From Oculina patagonica (Eukaryota), in contig NC_135762.1 in the NCBI RefSeq assembly GCF_052425735.1, positions 10,292,001 to 10,356,000 on the forward strand: a stretch of 64,000 nt of DNA. The letters run 5' to 3'. This document shows, piece after piece, positions 37,559 to 49,363 of the stretch. The translations under genes were made by a program, and so were the position numbers. Positions within the stretch are counted from its first letter, which is position 1, and each line of letters begins with the position of its first letter. The notes under the pieces were generated by a model. The model was not told the origin of the DNA, searched no databases, and was given only the letters and a program-made list of their open reading frames with translations.

Positions 37559-38207
37559 TTTACCGTACCAAAATTCAGAATTTAGTGAAAAAATTGGGAC
37601 CTCCGACTCTGTTGTTTTAGTCTGAATGTCTCCGTACTCGTCGACAAACATAGCGTAATTCAGTGGCGTGCGCGCTTAAGTTTAATTTTTGGCGGGAAAG
37701 TTTTTACTTTTTTTACGACCGGTAAACACTAGCTTATCTTAAATTACGAGGTTCTGTTTTATTGGTAAAACCTCTATTTACAAAAAAAAAATATATATTT
37801 TGCAGCTGAGAAAACTGTGGTTATGCAGCGCGTTGAAGACTTCTCGAACAAATCTTGGCAACCTACATGATTATATTTGACAATTATTCTGCGAAATCAC
37901 GCGGCATATCGCCTGATACTAGATTTTCTTAGCATAGTATCTGTAATGAAAATATAATTGCCTGTTTTGTAAGGTTTTTAACTTTTAAATCCTTATAATG
38001 TTTTCTCCGTTACTCGATCGCACTGCGTTACTCTCTATTAGTAAATTCTCCCTTAAAGGAAATTATTCCGCCTGTTTACTTCTCTCACTGTGACGTGTAA
38101 CAATACTCCTGAATTGGGACTTGAATGCGGTTGTACCAAAAACTAAACACTAAAACATTATACTCTCTGCTTAACCTATTTTCAGATTGCTTTCTGCGTC
38201 CTTAAAT

Positions 38208-39329
38208 ATGAAGTTTCTTATCCTGATTCAGATGCTGCTTCATAACCTTCTTGTTACAGACGCCTGTACAGAATTCCGAGTAACTTCCGAAGATAGCTCG
38301 GTGATCGTCGGTCGTAGCCAGGAGTTTAACATCGACATCGAGTCTCATCTCGTCGTGGAGCCTAAGGGATATTCCCACACCGCCATTCCTAAGCCAGAAT
38401 GTATTTTGCATTCAGCATTGCAGTGGCAAAATAAATATAGTATCGCATACCTTGATGCTCTGGATTTGCCCATTGCTATTGACGGCTTAAATGAAGCTGG
38501 TCTTTCAGTTGGTTCACTCCTATTCCCTGGCTTTGCCCAATTTCAGGAAGTTCCGCGCAAAAAATGTGGCACGGCAGTGTCTTCTTTACAGTTCCCGTTA
38601 TGGATCCTGGGAAACTTCGGGACTGTACAGGAAATAAGAAGAACTCTGAGGACTGAGGATTCCTTTCCGCTGGTATGGGAGGCAACACTTCCAATCAACC
38701 AGAACCCCTTCGAACAACATTACTCGATCACTGACGCAACTGGCGATGGTATCATCATTGAGTTCACAAAACAGGGAAGAAAACAGTACAATAACACTCT
38801 TGGCGTTGTGACCAATTCCCCACCTTATGATTTCCACATGATGAACATTCGAAATTATATTCAACTTTCCAAATTCGCTCACGGTCCATTGGTTTTGGGT
38901 CAAATGAATTTCGACGCTGTTGGTCAGGGCAGTGGGCTTCTTGGGGTACCCGGCGACTTTACACCGCCATCGAGATTTGTACGCACTGCCGCCATGGCTC
39001 ATTTCGCTGATAAAGTCCACACAAACAAAGAAGCAGTTATGCTGGCTTTTCATATCTTGAACACCGTCGATATTCCCCGTGGAGTAGCCACTTCCCGTCA
39101 CCCGAAACCCTTTACAAAGAAATACCCAGTTGACTACACCTTATGGGCTGTCGTCAAGGACCTCAGCAAGAAGGCACTTTATTTCCGTGACTATAACGAT
39201 CTGACCATTCGTGTGCTTCGCATGGCCGATGTAAAGAAAGGACAAAGACTGATAATGAAAGTAGGGAAATCTATTGGTGGTTTTGTGGACATCACTGATG
39301 ACCTTATCCCGGTGAATGGACAGGATTAA
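38208..39329 (+). CDS. Secreted choloylglycine hydrolase / penicillin V acylase family Ntn-hydrolase (bacterial type), 373 aa
   Basis: 19-aa signal peptide ending TDA, then Cys1 (CTEF), GR17SQE20F, DGLNEAGL, GVVTNSPPYDFH, GLLGVPGDFTPPSRFVR, HILNTVDIPRG and DYTLW..VKD. Intronless CDS; splice-acceptor-like CTTAAC..TTTTCAG at 38170-38185 upstream of the ATG. Confidence 0.9.
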   Translation: MKFLILIQMLLHNLLVTDACTEFRVTSEDSSVIVGRSQEFNIDIESHLVVEPKGYSHTAIPKPECILHSALQWQNKYSIAYLDALDLPIAIDGLNEAGLSVGSLLFPGFAQFQEVPRKKCGTAVSSLQFPLWILGNFGTVQEIRRTLRTEDSFPLVWEATLPINQNPFEQHYSITDATGDGIIIEFTKQGRKQYNNTLGVVTNSPPYDFHMMNIRNYIQLSKFAHGPLVLGQMNFDAVGQGSGLLGVPGDFTPPSRFVRTAAMAHFADKVHTNKEAVMLAFHILNTVDIPRGVATSRHPKPFTKKYPVDYTLWAVVKDLSKKALYFRDYNDLTIRVLRMADVKKGQRLIMKVGKSIGGFVDITDDLIPVNGQD

Positions 39330-40572
39330 CACTATAAGAAAATCTTGTGTTGAAAGTGTGTTCCGATGACGCGAGGACATTTTTTATACCAAGTGTTAAC
39401 GTTGCATGTTTCAATCTCAATACAAAAGTTATGAAGTGCGTTTTTACTTAAGGCAGTTTACTGACATTCTATTTTTTCTTCCATTCAAATGCCCTTGATT
39501 CACAAAAAGAAACACTTATAAATCACTAAACGGCATGACTTAGTGACCCCAGTTAGAGTAAATGAATGAATAAATGAATGAATAAATACAATCATTTCAT
39601 TCTCATGTCGTTGATACATAAAATAAAATCGTATTTAGTTTTATGCAGGGCCGTAACTAGCAAAGCACTTGCCTCGTCTAGACTTACACCAAAAATTAAA
39701 AAAGAAAAATGTTAACGTTTAGTTGGAGAAATTATTCACAGTTGAAGGAAATTAACTTCTCAGAAGAAATACCTTACAATAATGCTGAAAATAGGGTTTG
39801 TGCATCTATAATTCAAAATTTTCTGTAAGGCTTGTCTACCGGGGCATGCTCCAAGAGACCTCGTCGCGGCTAAATTCGGAAAACATAGTCGTGGCAGACT
39901 TTCGCCGAAGTGTATTTTTTCCTTTTTTTTTCCATTTTTGGGTGTTTTGAGCTGAGTAGAGTGAACTGAAGTGTGAAAAGTTCAAATGATGATTTTTGTT
40001 TGGCAAATCTTTGTAAAAGTTTTCGGATTTTTATTCTAATTTCATAATATATTTTCAGAGTTCAGTGATTCATAGCCAATTTGATTTTGTCTCCATTTAG
40101 CTTTGACACCGATCGACAAAAAAGTGACAGTGGCTACTTACCGAAAAGCTGTTATAAAGCTTATGTTCCTGCCGTACTTGGAATTAATTTACTTGCACAC
40201 TCATAATTTCCATATCGAACAATCAGGAAATACTTGAAAGGCGAAACAGAAAAAAGAAATAAATGAAAACAATTCTTTAAATCTTGTCCTTTTAAATAAC
40301 TCTTTAATTACAATTTTGTTATTTCATATTTTTAATCGTTTTATGTAGCAATCAAGTGAAGAATTTATGGTGAACACGAATTTATGAGGCGGCAGCAACA
40401 AAGCGTATTTCATAACACTGTTTGATCTCGTACAAACACATCACGTTCGTTGAACTTATATTACGTCATAGACAGGTAAAAAGCAAATCGTCAATGTCTT
40501 TTCCCTGATTATTTCAAATAAGACGTTCACCGCATCTCAATGAAATTAAGTCATACATCTGACTAGCAAAAC

Positions 40573-41532
40573 ATGAACAACGCCAGTTCCCATGATTTTA
40601 TGGGTCACTCGACGTGTTCCCAAGTCGTTTTAACAACACTAGCAGCAGCTATTTCCTTTGTAAGCATTTTTGCTTTTGCCGGCAACATTTTAGTCACAGT
40701 GACCTTTCTGATGAACGCAACTCTCAGAACAAGCACAAACTACTTCATCGTTAACATGGCAGTATCTGATCTACTGTCCGCTTTGACCAACTGGCCACTG
40801 TACGCTACTGAAGGGATGCTTTCAAAGAAACATCTGATCGATGATCCAGTGGCTACGATTGTGTGCAAAATGGGACTGTATTCCAGAGTTGTTTCACAGG
40901 CTGTGTCAGTTCTGAGCCTAGTGTGGATTGTTGTGGAGAGATTCATCGCCATTGTGCATCCCTTTAAGGCATTAATGCTGACAAGGCGGCTCCGAACAGT
41001 TTTACTAGTACTTACTTGGATCATTCCACTATTGATTGGTTTCCCATACATTCCCTTCTCGATAATCGTTAAACAGGGTCAACAGACATACTGCAGGTTT
41101 TTATGGGGTAAAAAGGAACTTGCCATATATTTTTCCGCTGGATTTGTACTATGCTACTGTGTGCCGCTTATTTCAATAATTACACTTTACTCTAGAATCG
41201 TGAAATGTTTGACACGATCAAGGCCGGCAGCGGACAAAATGCACGAAAACACAAGAATAAGAAAAAGTCAACAGAACATGATTGTGATGAAAGTCTTCAT
41301 ATCGATTGGGATTGTATTTTTCCTTTGCTGGACTCCGCTGTGTGTGTTTTTGTTATTGAAAACAGTTTTTCCATCACTGTATGCCAAAGATTCATGCTTG
41401 CTAGTTGCAAGTTTGTTTTTCTATGTCTTTCCTTCTTTACCCATGGCAATTAACCCAGTAATTATTTTTGTGTCTAGTTCAAATTTTTACAAGGCACTAA
41501 AGGAAATGTTAACAGGTAATTGCCGTAACTGA
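40573..41532 (+). CDS. Intronless class A GPCR, paralog 4 (inverted, 319 aa, shortened C-tail)
   Basis: Same 7TM motifs (ERF, CWTP, NPVII). The stop TGA aligns to the Trp codon of TWKSCC in the paralogs. Confidence 0.88.
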   Translation: MNNASSHDFMGHSTCSQVVLTTLAAAISFVSIFAFAGNILVTVTFLMNATLRTSTNYFIVNMAVSDLLSALTNWPLYATEGMLSKKHLIDDPVATIVCKMGLYSRVVSQAVSVLSLVWIVVERFIAIVHPFKALMLTRRLRTVLLVLTWIIPLLIGFPYIPFSIIVKQGQQTYCRFLWGKKELAIYFSAGFVLCYCVPLISIITLYSRIVKCLTRSRPAADKMHENTRIRKSQQNMIVMKVFISIGIVFFLCWTPLCVFLLLKTVFPSLYAKDSCLLVASLFFYVFPSLPMAINPVIIFVSSSNFYKALKEMLTGNCRN

Positions 41533-43781
41533 AAGTTTTGTTGGAAATGCGGACGAATTTTACATCAGAATGAATCTTACGAGCCTAGCCAAAAAGGAAC
41601 GCATATTAAGGACAGCAACTAACTGAAAATGGAGAATCTTGAATCGTCGTTTTTTTGCTGTACAGGAATTACTGAGCTACGATTTTTAAATGAGCGAGAA
41701 CACATGTGGCCATATTTGGATTTCACAAAGCTATTGTCCCTTATCACATATTAAATTTCGACTTTTATTTTCTATGTGATTTCTTTTTAAGTGATGTCGT
41801 TCACGATTTTATCAACTCAATAAATGTAGATGTGGATTTTGTACGTAAAGAAACCTTTTTACTAATACCCGGTATCAATATGACAACTGGCGATCTTAAC
41901 TGGTCCCTCTTAATTATTCGAGAACATGGCTTGGATTGAATATTTTGTAGTCGGCGAATGGCTCAAACTGGATTCAATTTAGGAGATCGAAAGATTAACC
42001 AAGTATATGGTACAAATACCAAATACAGTGTCACCACCTATACTATCGTCCGCGACAGTACTGTTTCTCCACTTTTTTTTCAAAGCGAACAGTCCATTGT
42101 CTTGTCATAAATATTTTGTTGGCCGAAATAAAGCTGTTTATGTAATGTAAAAATCGATATCCTTTTCATTAACATATTCTTTTACGGTTTCACACTTTTG
42201 CTGAATATCGCCAATATTATGGTCTCCATTTTGTAACCACATCTAAAAATGTAATAAAAGAAGATGACAATGCTCATAGTGGTTCTTAGCTTTTCCTTTA
42301 CTATTAGGCAGATTTTAATGTAATTTGAACAGCTGTGTGGTCCCCACATTATGCCATCCAATTATTTCGACCTTGCGCCGACAGAAATAGCTTACAGGGA
42401 TAGAAATGATCTCAGTTGAAATGTTAGCGTAATTTTTTCGTTTTTTTAAATTGTGTCTCAACTAAACCAAAAAAGTAATTTAGTTTCCTTAGTACCAGGA
42501 TTAAATTAAAAATGTGGTAAATGTGGTAAAGCAAGTAGTATCTTTTTCAATAATTAGGGACTTTAAGATACAGGAACGCGGACTTCTTGAAGGACGCGAC
42601 GGTGGAAGAGAGCCTGGGTCGAGTACGCGGCGTCCGTGGCGGAAAAATTAAGTTAAGTGTTGCAAGCGACGCGATGATTTTTGTCGAGCTTGTGCAGAGT
42701 CATGGCTTCTTTAAGAGAAACTCGTGAACTGTTGCTTATTAGTCATGCAAGGGGCTTTATAACCGATTTAGAGTTCTTGCTGCTTTATGAGGAAAACAAG
42801 TCAGATAATTTGGATTTTCCTTACGAGGAGTATCCGAGATTTTGCTTGCAGGAAGCGAATGAAGCCGAGTGTAAAGCCAACTTTAGGGTAGAGAAGCATC
42901 ATATTACCCGACTGCAAGATGCACTACGAATTCCTGCAGTGTTTAAATGTAATCAAGGGACAGTTTGTGATGGAACCGAAGGCCTTTGTATCCTTCTGAA
43001 GCGATTTGCTTTCCCTTGTCGTTACTCTGACATGATTCCGATTTTTGGAAGGCCAGTACCCGAACTATGCATGATAAACAATACTGTAATGGATTGGCTA
43101 TATGACAACCACGGACATCGAATCATGCATTGGAATCAAAACATCTTAAGTGCCCTCCAGCTCGAAAACTACGCTGAAGTTATTTCTAACAAGGGAGCAC
43201 CACTAGATAATTGCTTTGGTTTTGTGGACGGAACTGTTCGCCCGATATCAAGACCAGGAGAACACCAACGACTGGTGTACAATGGGCACAAGCGTGTGCA
43301 TGGATTAAAGTTTCAGTCAGTCGTGGTACCAAATGGCTTAATTGCACATCTCTATGGGCCAGTAGGTAAGCCACGTTTAGCTCGATTTAAAGGTGGTTGG
43401 GGCAATTCATGATACATGGTTAACTATGCTGACTATGAAGTCTTGGGACTTTCCAGATTTTTTTTTAAAAATCATGATCTGAAGGCAAATTCAAGAGCTA
43501 CCTCCCTATTTTTAGTCTGCTTTGCTTTGTTAATAATAACAAAGTGCTAAGATGTGAGGAATACAATTCAGAATTTGTGACCATTCTCATGGTGGTATAC
43601 ATTCTATTTTTCCTTCAACAGAAGGACGAAAACATGATGCTGCAATGTTAGCAGAGTCACACCTGTATGACAGCCTCCAAATACATGCTTTTTCAACCAC
43701 TGGACAGGCTATGTGCATTTACGGTGATCCAGCCTACCCCCTAAGAGTGCATCTGCAAGCACCTTTCAGGCATCGAGTATT

Positions 43782-46700
43782 TGTTAGGATGATCTCATTA
43801 ATATGTATAAGATCTGACGTCAATAAAGTCCCGGATGTTGTTGTTCCTCGAAGTGAAAACATGGCGTGGCGTGTTTGATCTATTGATCCGAAAATCCGAA
43901 CAATCCTCCCCCCGTCATGAACGAAACAGGTTATGGGCCCAGGTCAAGGTACGGGAGACTACTCTTCGATGGGGATGAACGGAAATATGAGCAATGGGAA
44001 GTCAAGTTTCTCGGATACATGCGATTGCAAAAGTTGAAGGATACGATCACTACGGCTGAATTTGAGGACGTTAATGCAGCCAAGAATGAAGAAGCTTTCG
44101 CGGAGTTAATACAATTTCTAGACGACAAAAGCCTTTCCCTTGTAATGAGAGATGCACAGGATGACGGGAGGAAAGCATTAAAGATTTTAAGAGCACACTA
44201 CGCTATTTCTGAAGAAAAAGGATTCAGTGCATTGACACCTTCGGGCAATGCCACGAAATTAATTAAAGAACTATCGTTTCCTTTAAGCAAGCAGGCAAGG
44301 CTTTTTCACAACTATTTTAATGCACGTTTTGTTTTGGATATTATATAGGCCTCTTTATTCGGCTCTCAACCCATGCCATTTTTTTTTTCGGGCAGTAAGG
44401 TCTCCGCCTCCCCAGGTCCGAAGGTGCCCGTACGCCTATGCAGGCAAGCCGAGAGTGATCTCGTTGTACACGGAACTGACCTCGCTTGTGAAGTCAGCAC
44501 ACGAGACAGTGACAGACTATGTCATACGAGCAGAGACCGCGGCAACAGCTCTTAAAAATGCCGGTGAAACCGTGACGGATAGCCTTCTCATAGCGATGGT
44601 ACTGAAAGGCCTACCAGAAGAATACAAGCCGTTTGTTGTCGTTATTACTCAGAGCGAGAAAGAACAAACATTTGGCGAATTTAAAGTGGCCTTACGAAGC
44701 TTCGAAGACACAGAGCGAGCGAGTATAGCGACGGGAAATCACTCAGTTATGAAAACTGAACACAAGCAAGAATCCCAGCCGAATATCACCTGTTTTCAAT
44801 GTAGCCAGCCAGGGCACATTGCTCGCTTCTGTGGTAATAAAGACAAAGGCAGGAACGGACGGGGGCACTGGTGCAACACGTGCCATAATTCATCACACAG
44901 TGACAGAACATGTCGACGCAAAAGAAAGAACAAGACCGACAAAGTCAGTCAGGCTTCTGAGACTTTGGAGGATTCTGATGAGGAAGTGGAGCATTCATTT
45001 GCATTTGAGACCAATGCCTATGTAAATGGGAACACTACTGGGAAGCCAAATGCCCTACTGGTGGATTGCGGTGCGACCACTCACATCATCAATGACGAGT
45101 CCAAATTCAGCAAATTTGATGACAAGATCACACCAGAAAAGCACTACATCGAGCTAGCAGTTGGGACACGATCTAACAACGTGGCACTCAAGAGAGGGGA
45201 TGTTGAGATAACCATCATGGATACCACTGGAAAGTATGTCAGTGCAACACTGAAGAATGCGTTATACATTCCTGCATACCCGCAGAACATATTTTCAGTG
45301 CAAGCTGCGACTGAAAGAGGTGCTTCAGTGACTTTCAATCCTGACTCTGCTGAATTAGTTTACAAGGATGGTACCAAGTTTAACATCGAGAAGCATTGTA
45401 GACTGTACTATCTTAGTACCTTCGACAAGAATGACACTGACTCTGTTAATTATACTTGTGACCTGAAGGGTTGGCATGAAATACTAGGACACTGTAATTA
45501 TGAGGACATCTTGAAACTAAAAGGTGTAGTGGAAGGTATGAAAATAAGTAATAGTAGTTCTAGTAAACCCCAAGATTGTAATGTTTGTATTGAAGGAAAG
45601 ATGACCCAAAGTAGGAATAGGAATCCTGATGCTCGTGCTACTGCACCATTAGAATTAGTTCATACAGATTTGGCTGGACCTATCGATCCAGCTTCTAGAG
45701 AGGGTTTCAGATATTCCATAGCTTTTACAGATGACTATTCAGGAGCAATTTTTGTATATTTTCTGAAACGTAAGAGTGACACTGTAGCTGCAACAAAGAA
45801 GTTTTTAGCAGACACAGCACCATACGGAGAGGTCAAATGTATTAGATCGGATAATGGTGGTGAATTTATTTCTCAGGAATTTAAATCTCTGCTGGAGAAA
45901 AATAAGATAAAGCATGAAATGTCTGCACGCCATTCTCCCCACCAAAATGGGACGGCAGAGCGACACTGGAGAACCTTGTTTGAGATGGGAAGGTGTTTAC
46001 TCCTGCAAGCCAATCTGGGCAAAGGGTTTTGGCCCTATGCGGTAATGGCAGCTGCGTACATTCGCAATCGGTGCTTTAACAACCGCCTTAAGCAAACTGC
46101 ATACTTTGCTATCACTGGCAAGAAGCCAAATTTGTCAAACATGAGAGTTTTTGGATCTGAATGCTATGCATATAAGCAGAATAAGAAGAAATTGGATCCC
46201 AGGTGCACCAAAGGGATTTTCCTTGGGTATGATAAAGAGAGTCCTGCCTATCTGGTGTTAATCCCAGAGACGGGCAAGATTATGAAGTACAGGGTGGTGA
46301 AGTTCCCTAGGAGAGGGGTACATGTTGAACGACAGACCCAAACTGAAATTCCACTGGGTGATGATGATTTCATGCCATCACGACACAATACTAACCCTGA
46401 TACTTGTAGTGAATCTGATGTTGACAGATCCGGAGAGGGTCTGGATGAACTTGCTGAAGGACCTAAGGCTGAGAATGAATCTAGTCCTACTTCACAGCCT
46501 CGTGATGAAAGTGTGAGACGCTCCACGAGGGAGAGAAGACCCCCAGCTTACCTGAGAGATTATGTCACAAACATGAAGGATAGTGATCAGGTACTGACGA
46601 GTGTAGATTACTGTTACAAATTTTCTGCTTTCCCTCAAACTTACCAAGAGGCTATGGAATCACCTGAGTCTAGTAACTGGGAGGCAGCAATGAAGGAAGA

Positions 46701-48451
46701 GATGAATTCTCTAACTGAGAATAACACATTTACTTTGTCTCCTTTGCCAGAGGGCAAAAATTCAGGGGGGGGCCGTTGGGTGTACACTATCAAAGAAAGT
46801 TCCAATGGTGCTAAAACTTACAAAGCAAGGTATGTTGCTAAGGGTTACAGTCAAGTGAGAGGTGTTTGCACCAACAGCTAATCTCACATCAGTGCGTGTG
46901 CTAATGCAAATGGCAGCACAACACGATTTGATTTTGCATCAGATGGATGTGAAGACGGCATATCTAAATGCCCCTATTGATTGTGAGATCTATATGGATC
47001 AAGCTGAGGGCTTTGAAGTTCCCCCGGGGAGTGAAGGGAAACTTGTGTATAAGTTGAACAAATCTCTGTATGGATTGAAGCAGTCGGGTAGGAATTGGAA
47101 CCATGTACTACACTGTTTCTTGCAAGAGAATGATTTTGTACAAAGCCCTGTTGACAATTGTGTGTACACCAAACAGGTTGGAAGTGGACTTGTTGCTATG
47201 CTTGTCTGGGTGGATGACATAATTATAGCAGCAAGCGACATGGTGTTATTGTCTAAAACTAAAGAGATGTTGAACAAGAGGTTTCATATGAAAGATCTGG
47301 GTAGACTTTCATATTTCTTGGGTATTCACTTTGAGCAAGGTGATGGCTTTGTAAAAATGAACCAGAAGAGGTATATCAGTAAGGTGCTTGAGAGATTTGA
47401 GATGTCTGATTGTAAACCAAAACCTACACCTTCTGAGCAGAAGTTTGAGTTTGGCAGTGAAAACCCTGTTGATCCAAAGCGATACCGTGAAGCAGTGGGT
47501 AGCTTGGTATATGCTATGACATGCACCAGACCAGACATATGCTGGGTTGTTACTAAACTGTCTCAGTTTCTAACTAATCCCACAAAGGAACACTGGGTAG
47601 CAGTGAAACATGTACTGCGGTACTTAAAGGGGACCCTTGACTTTGAACTGTGCTATAGGAAATGTGACAATGGTCTTACACTGATAGGCTATAGTGATGC
47701 TGATTGGGCATCATCTACAGATGACAGACGCAGCATCAGTGGGTACTGCTTCAGTTTGAATAAAGCTGGTCCACTTATCTCTTGGAAGTCGAGAAAGCAG
47801 CCAACAGTAGCTCTTTCATCTTGTGAAGCTGAGTACATTGCCCTGGCAGCGGCAGTTCAGGAGGGCATGTATCTCATTCAGATAGTGAATGATGTTGGTG
47901 AGGTAAATGATCCTGTTTTGATCTTTGAGGATAATCAGGGGACAATTGCCTTGTCCATGAATCCAGTCAATCGACAGAGATCCAAACATATTGATGTGCG
48001 ATACCATTTTATTCGCAATGTGCAGAATGCAGGCAAAGTAATCATTAAGTATTGTCCCACCGCCGATATGGTTGCTGATGTCATGACCAAACCAGTTACG
48101 AAGATTAAGTTGCAAAAATTCAAGAGTTATATTTTTGGTTCTTAAGACATTTGAGTTTTAATATAGAAGTAATGTACAAGAGTTCTATATTTTGTTATAG
48201 TTTTACTCATTTGTCAACTGATAGTAAGCTGTATGTTTATATTTTAGCAATATGACCGTGTTCATGTGATTTTAGAACATACATAGGAAGAGATCAAGTG
48301 GGGGTGTTAGGATGATCTCATTAATATGTATAAGATCTGACGTCAATAAAGTCCCGGATGTTGTTGTTCCTCGAAGTGAAAACATGGCGTGGCGTGTTTG
48401 ATCTATTGATCCGAAAATCCGAACAATCCTCCCCCCGTCATGAACGAAACA
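43782..48451 (+). mobile_element. Ty1/Copia LTR retrotransposon
   Basis: Identical 147-bp TG..CA LTRs (43782-43928, 48305-48451), GTATT TSD, PBS GGTTATGGGCCCAG, PPT before the 3' LTR. Domain order gag(CCHC)-PR(DCGAT)-IN(HTD, IRSDNGGE, AER)-RT(MDVKTA, WVDD)-RH(DADW, EAE, EDN). Confidence 0.97.
43917..48145 (+). pseudogene. Copia gag-pol, disrupted by an insertion (about 44204-44440) and a frameshifting deletion (about 46862)
   Basis: Three ORFs (43917-, 44320-, 46862-) in different frames. Typical HYAG.GKPRVI and GIDY.ETFAP motifs are split at these points. Confidence 0.85.
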
Positions 48452-49363
48452 GTATTGACCCCACAAATGCAAGCTTATAACCATTCCATGAGTGCTGTAC
48501 GTAGCTCTGTTGAGTGGCTTTTTAGAGATATAATTAATTATTTCAAATTTTTGGATTTTAAAAAAAACTTGAAAATTGGCCTTAGTCAAGTGGGCAAAAT
48601 GTATATAGTGTGTTCAATTCTGCACAATGCACTGACATGCCTTTATGGAAATACCACATCTCAGTTCTTTGATTTAGATCCTCCTTCACTGGAGGATTAT
48701 TTTGCTTGATTGTTGTACTGAACAGTCCAAGTTAAACTAAAGCTGAAAAGACATCCTGTGAGTGTCTAAATAACAAGTCAAAAAAGTGTCTCATATATTG
48801 TAATAAAACTTTAATTTACACAAAGCACTTGTATCCTTATGAGCTTTTTACACTGCAAACATGCAAAAAGTGTGCTCAACTTGTTTCCACTTATGAGAAA
48901 AGTTGTTTCAGCAACATGTATTTGGAATGAGTGTTAACTACTGTATAACATTATCAGAGCTAATAAATATTTTAAAATGAAAACAAACCTTTCACTTTAG
49001 GGGGAGTCTGGTTAAATAATACTTTAAATTTTAAATAACTGTTTTTTTGTCTCTTCAAAGTTTTTCAGGCACAAAACTGTCTATTTGATTTGTGCTCTAT
49101 GACCCCATAGATCTTACAAAATAGCGATAACAGAGAACTAGGGTTCTCTTGAGTTGTTTGTTCATTTTCACAAATATCCTCTTTATGCAATTAAAGTAAA
49201 AGTTTTTTCTTAAGGGGGGGGGGGGAGTAACTTTTATGGTTCCAAGATCAAGTTTTTCTTGAAAAATTGTGAATAATTTAATGAATAGATAAACAACAAG
49301 ACAATCTGCTCTCAAGGTTAGCAGGGTTGAGTTGGTATGTGTTTGTCATTTTCCCTCACTTAA

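Larger units (their letters stand above)
42702..48709 (+). pseudogene. Harbinger DDE transposase (segments 42702-43365, 43622-43781, 48457-48709; 358 aa when the Copia is removed)
   Basis: Catalytic triad GFVDGT / YGDPAY / SVEWLF and YNGHKRVHGLKFQ. GT-AG intron at 43366-43621. The frame is open apart from the Copia insertion. Confidence 0.88.

Noticed and set aside
38187-39329. Bacterial contaminant contig as the source of the hydrolase
   Set aside because: No operon neighbours or Shine-Dalgarno-like context. The flanks are host repeats and the 3' flank is duplicated elsewhere in the window. Read-level confirmation is still needed.
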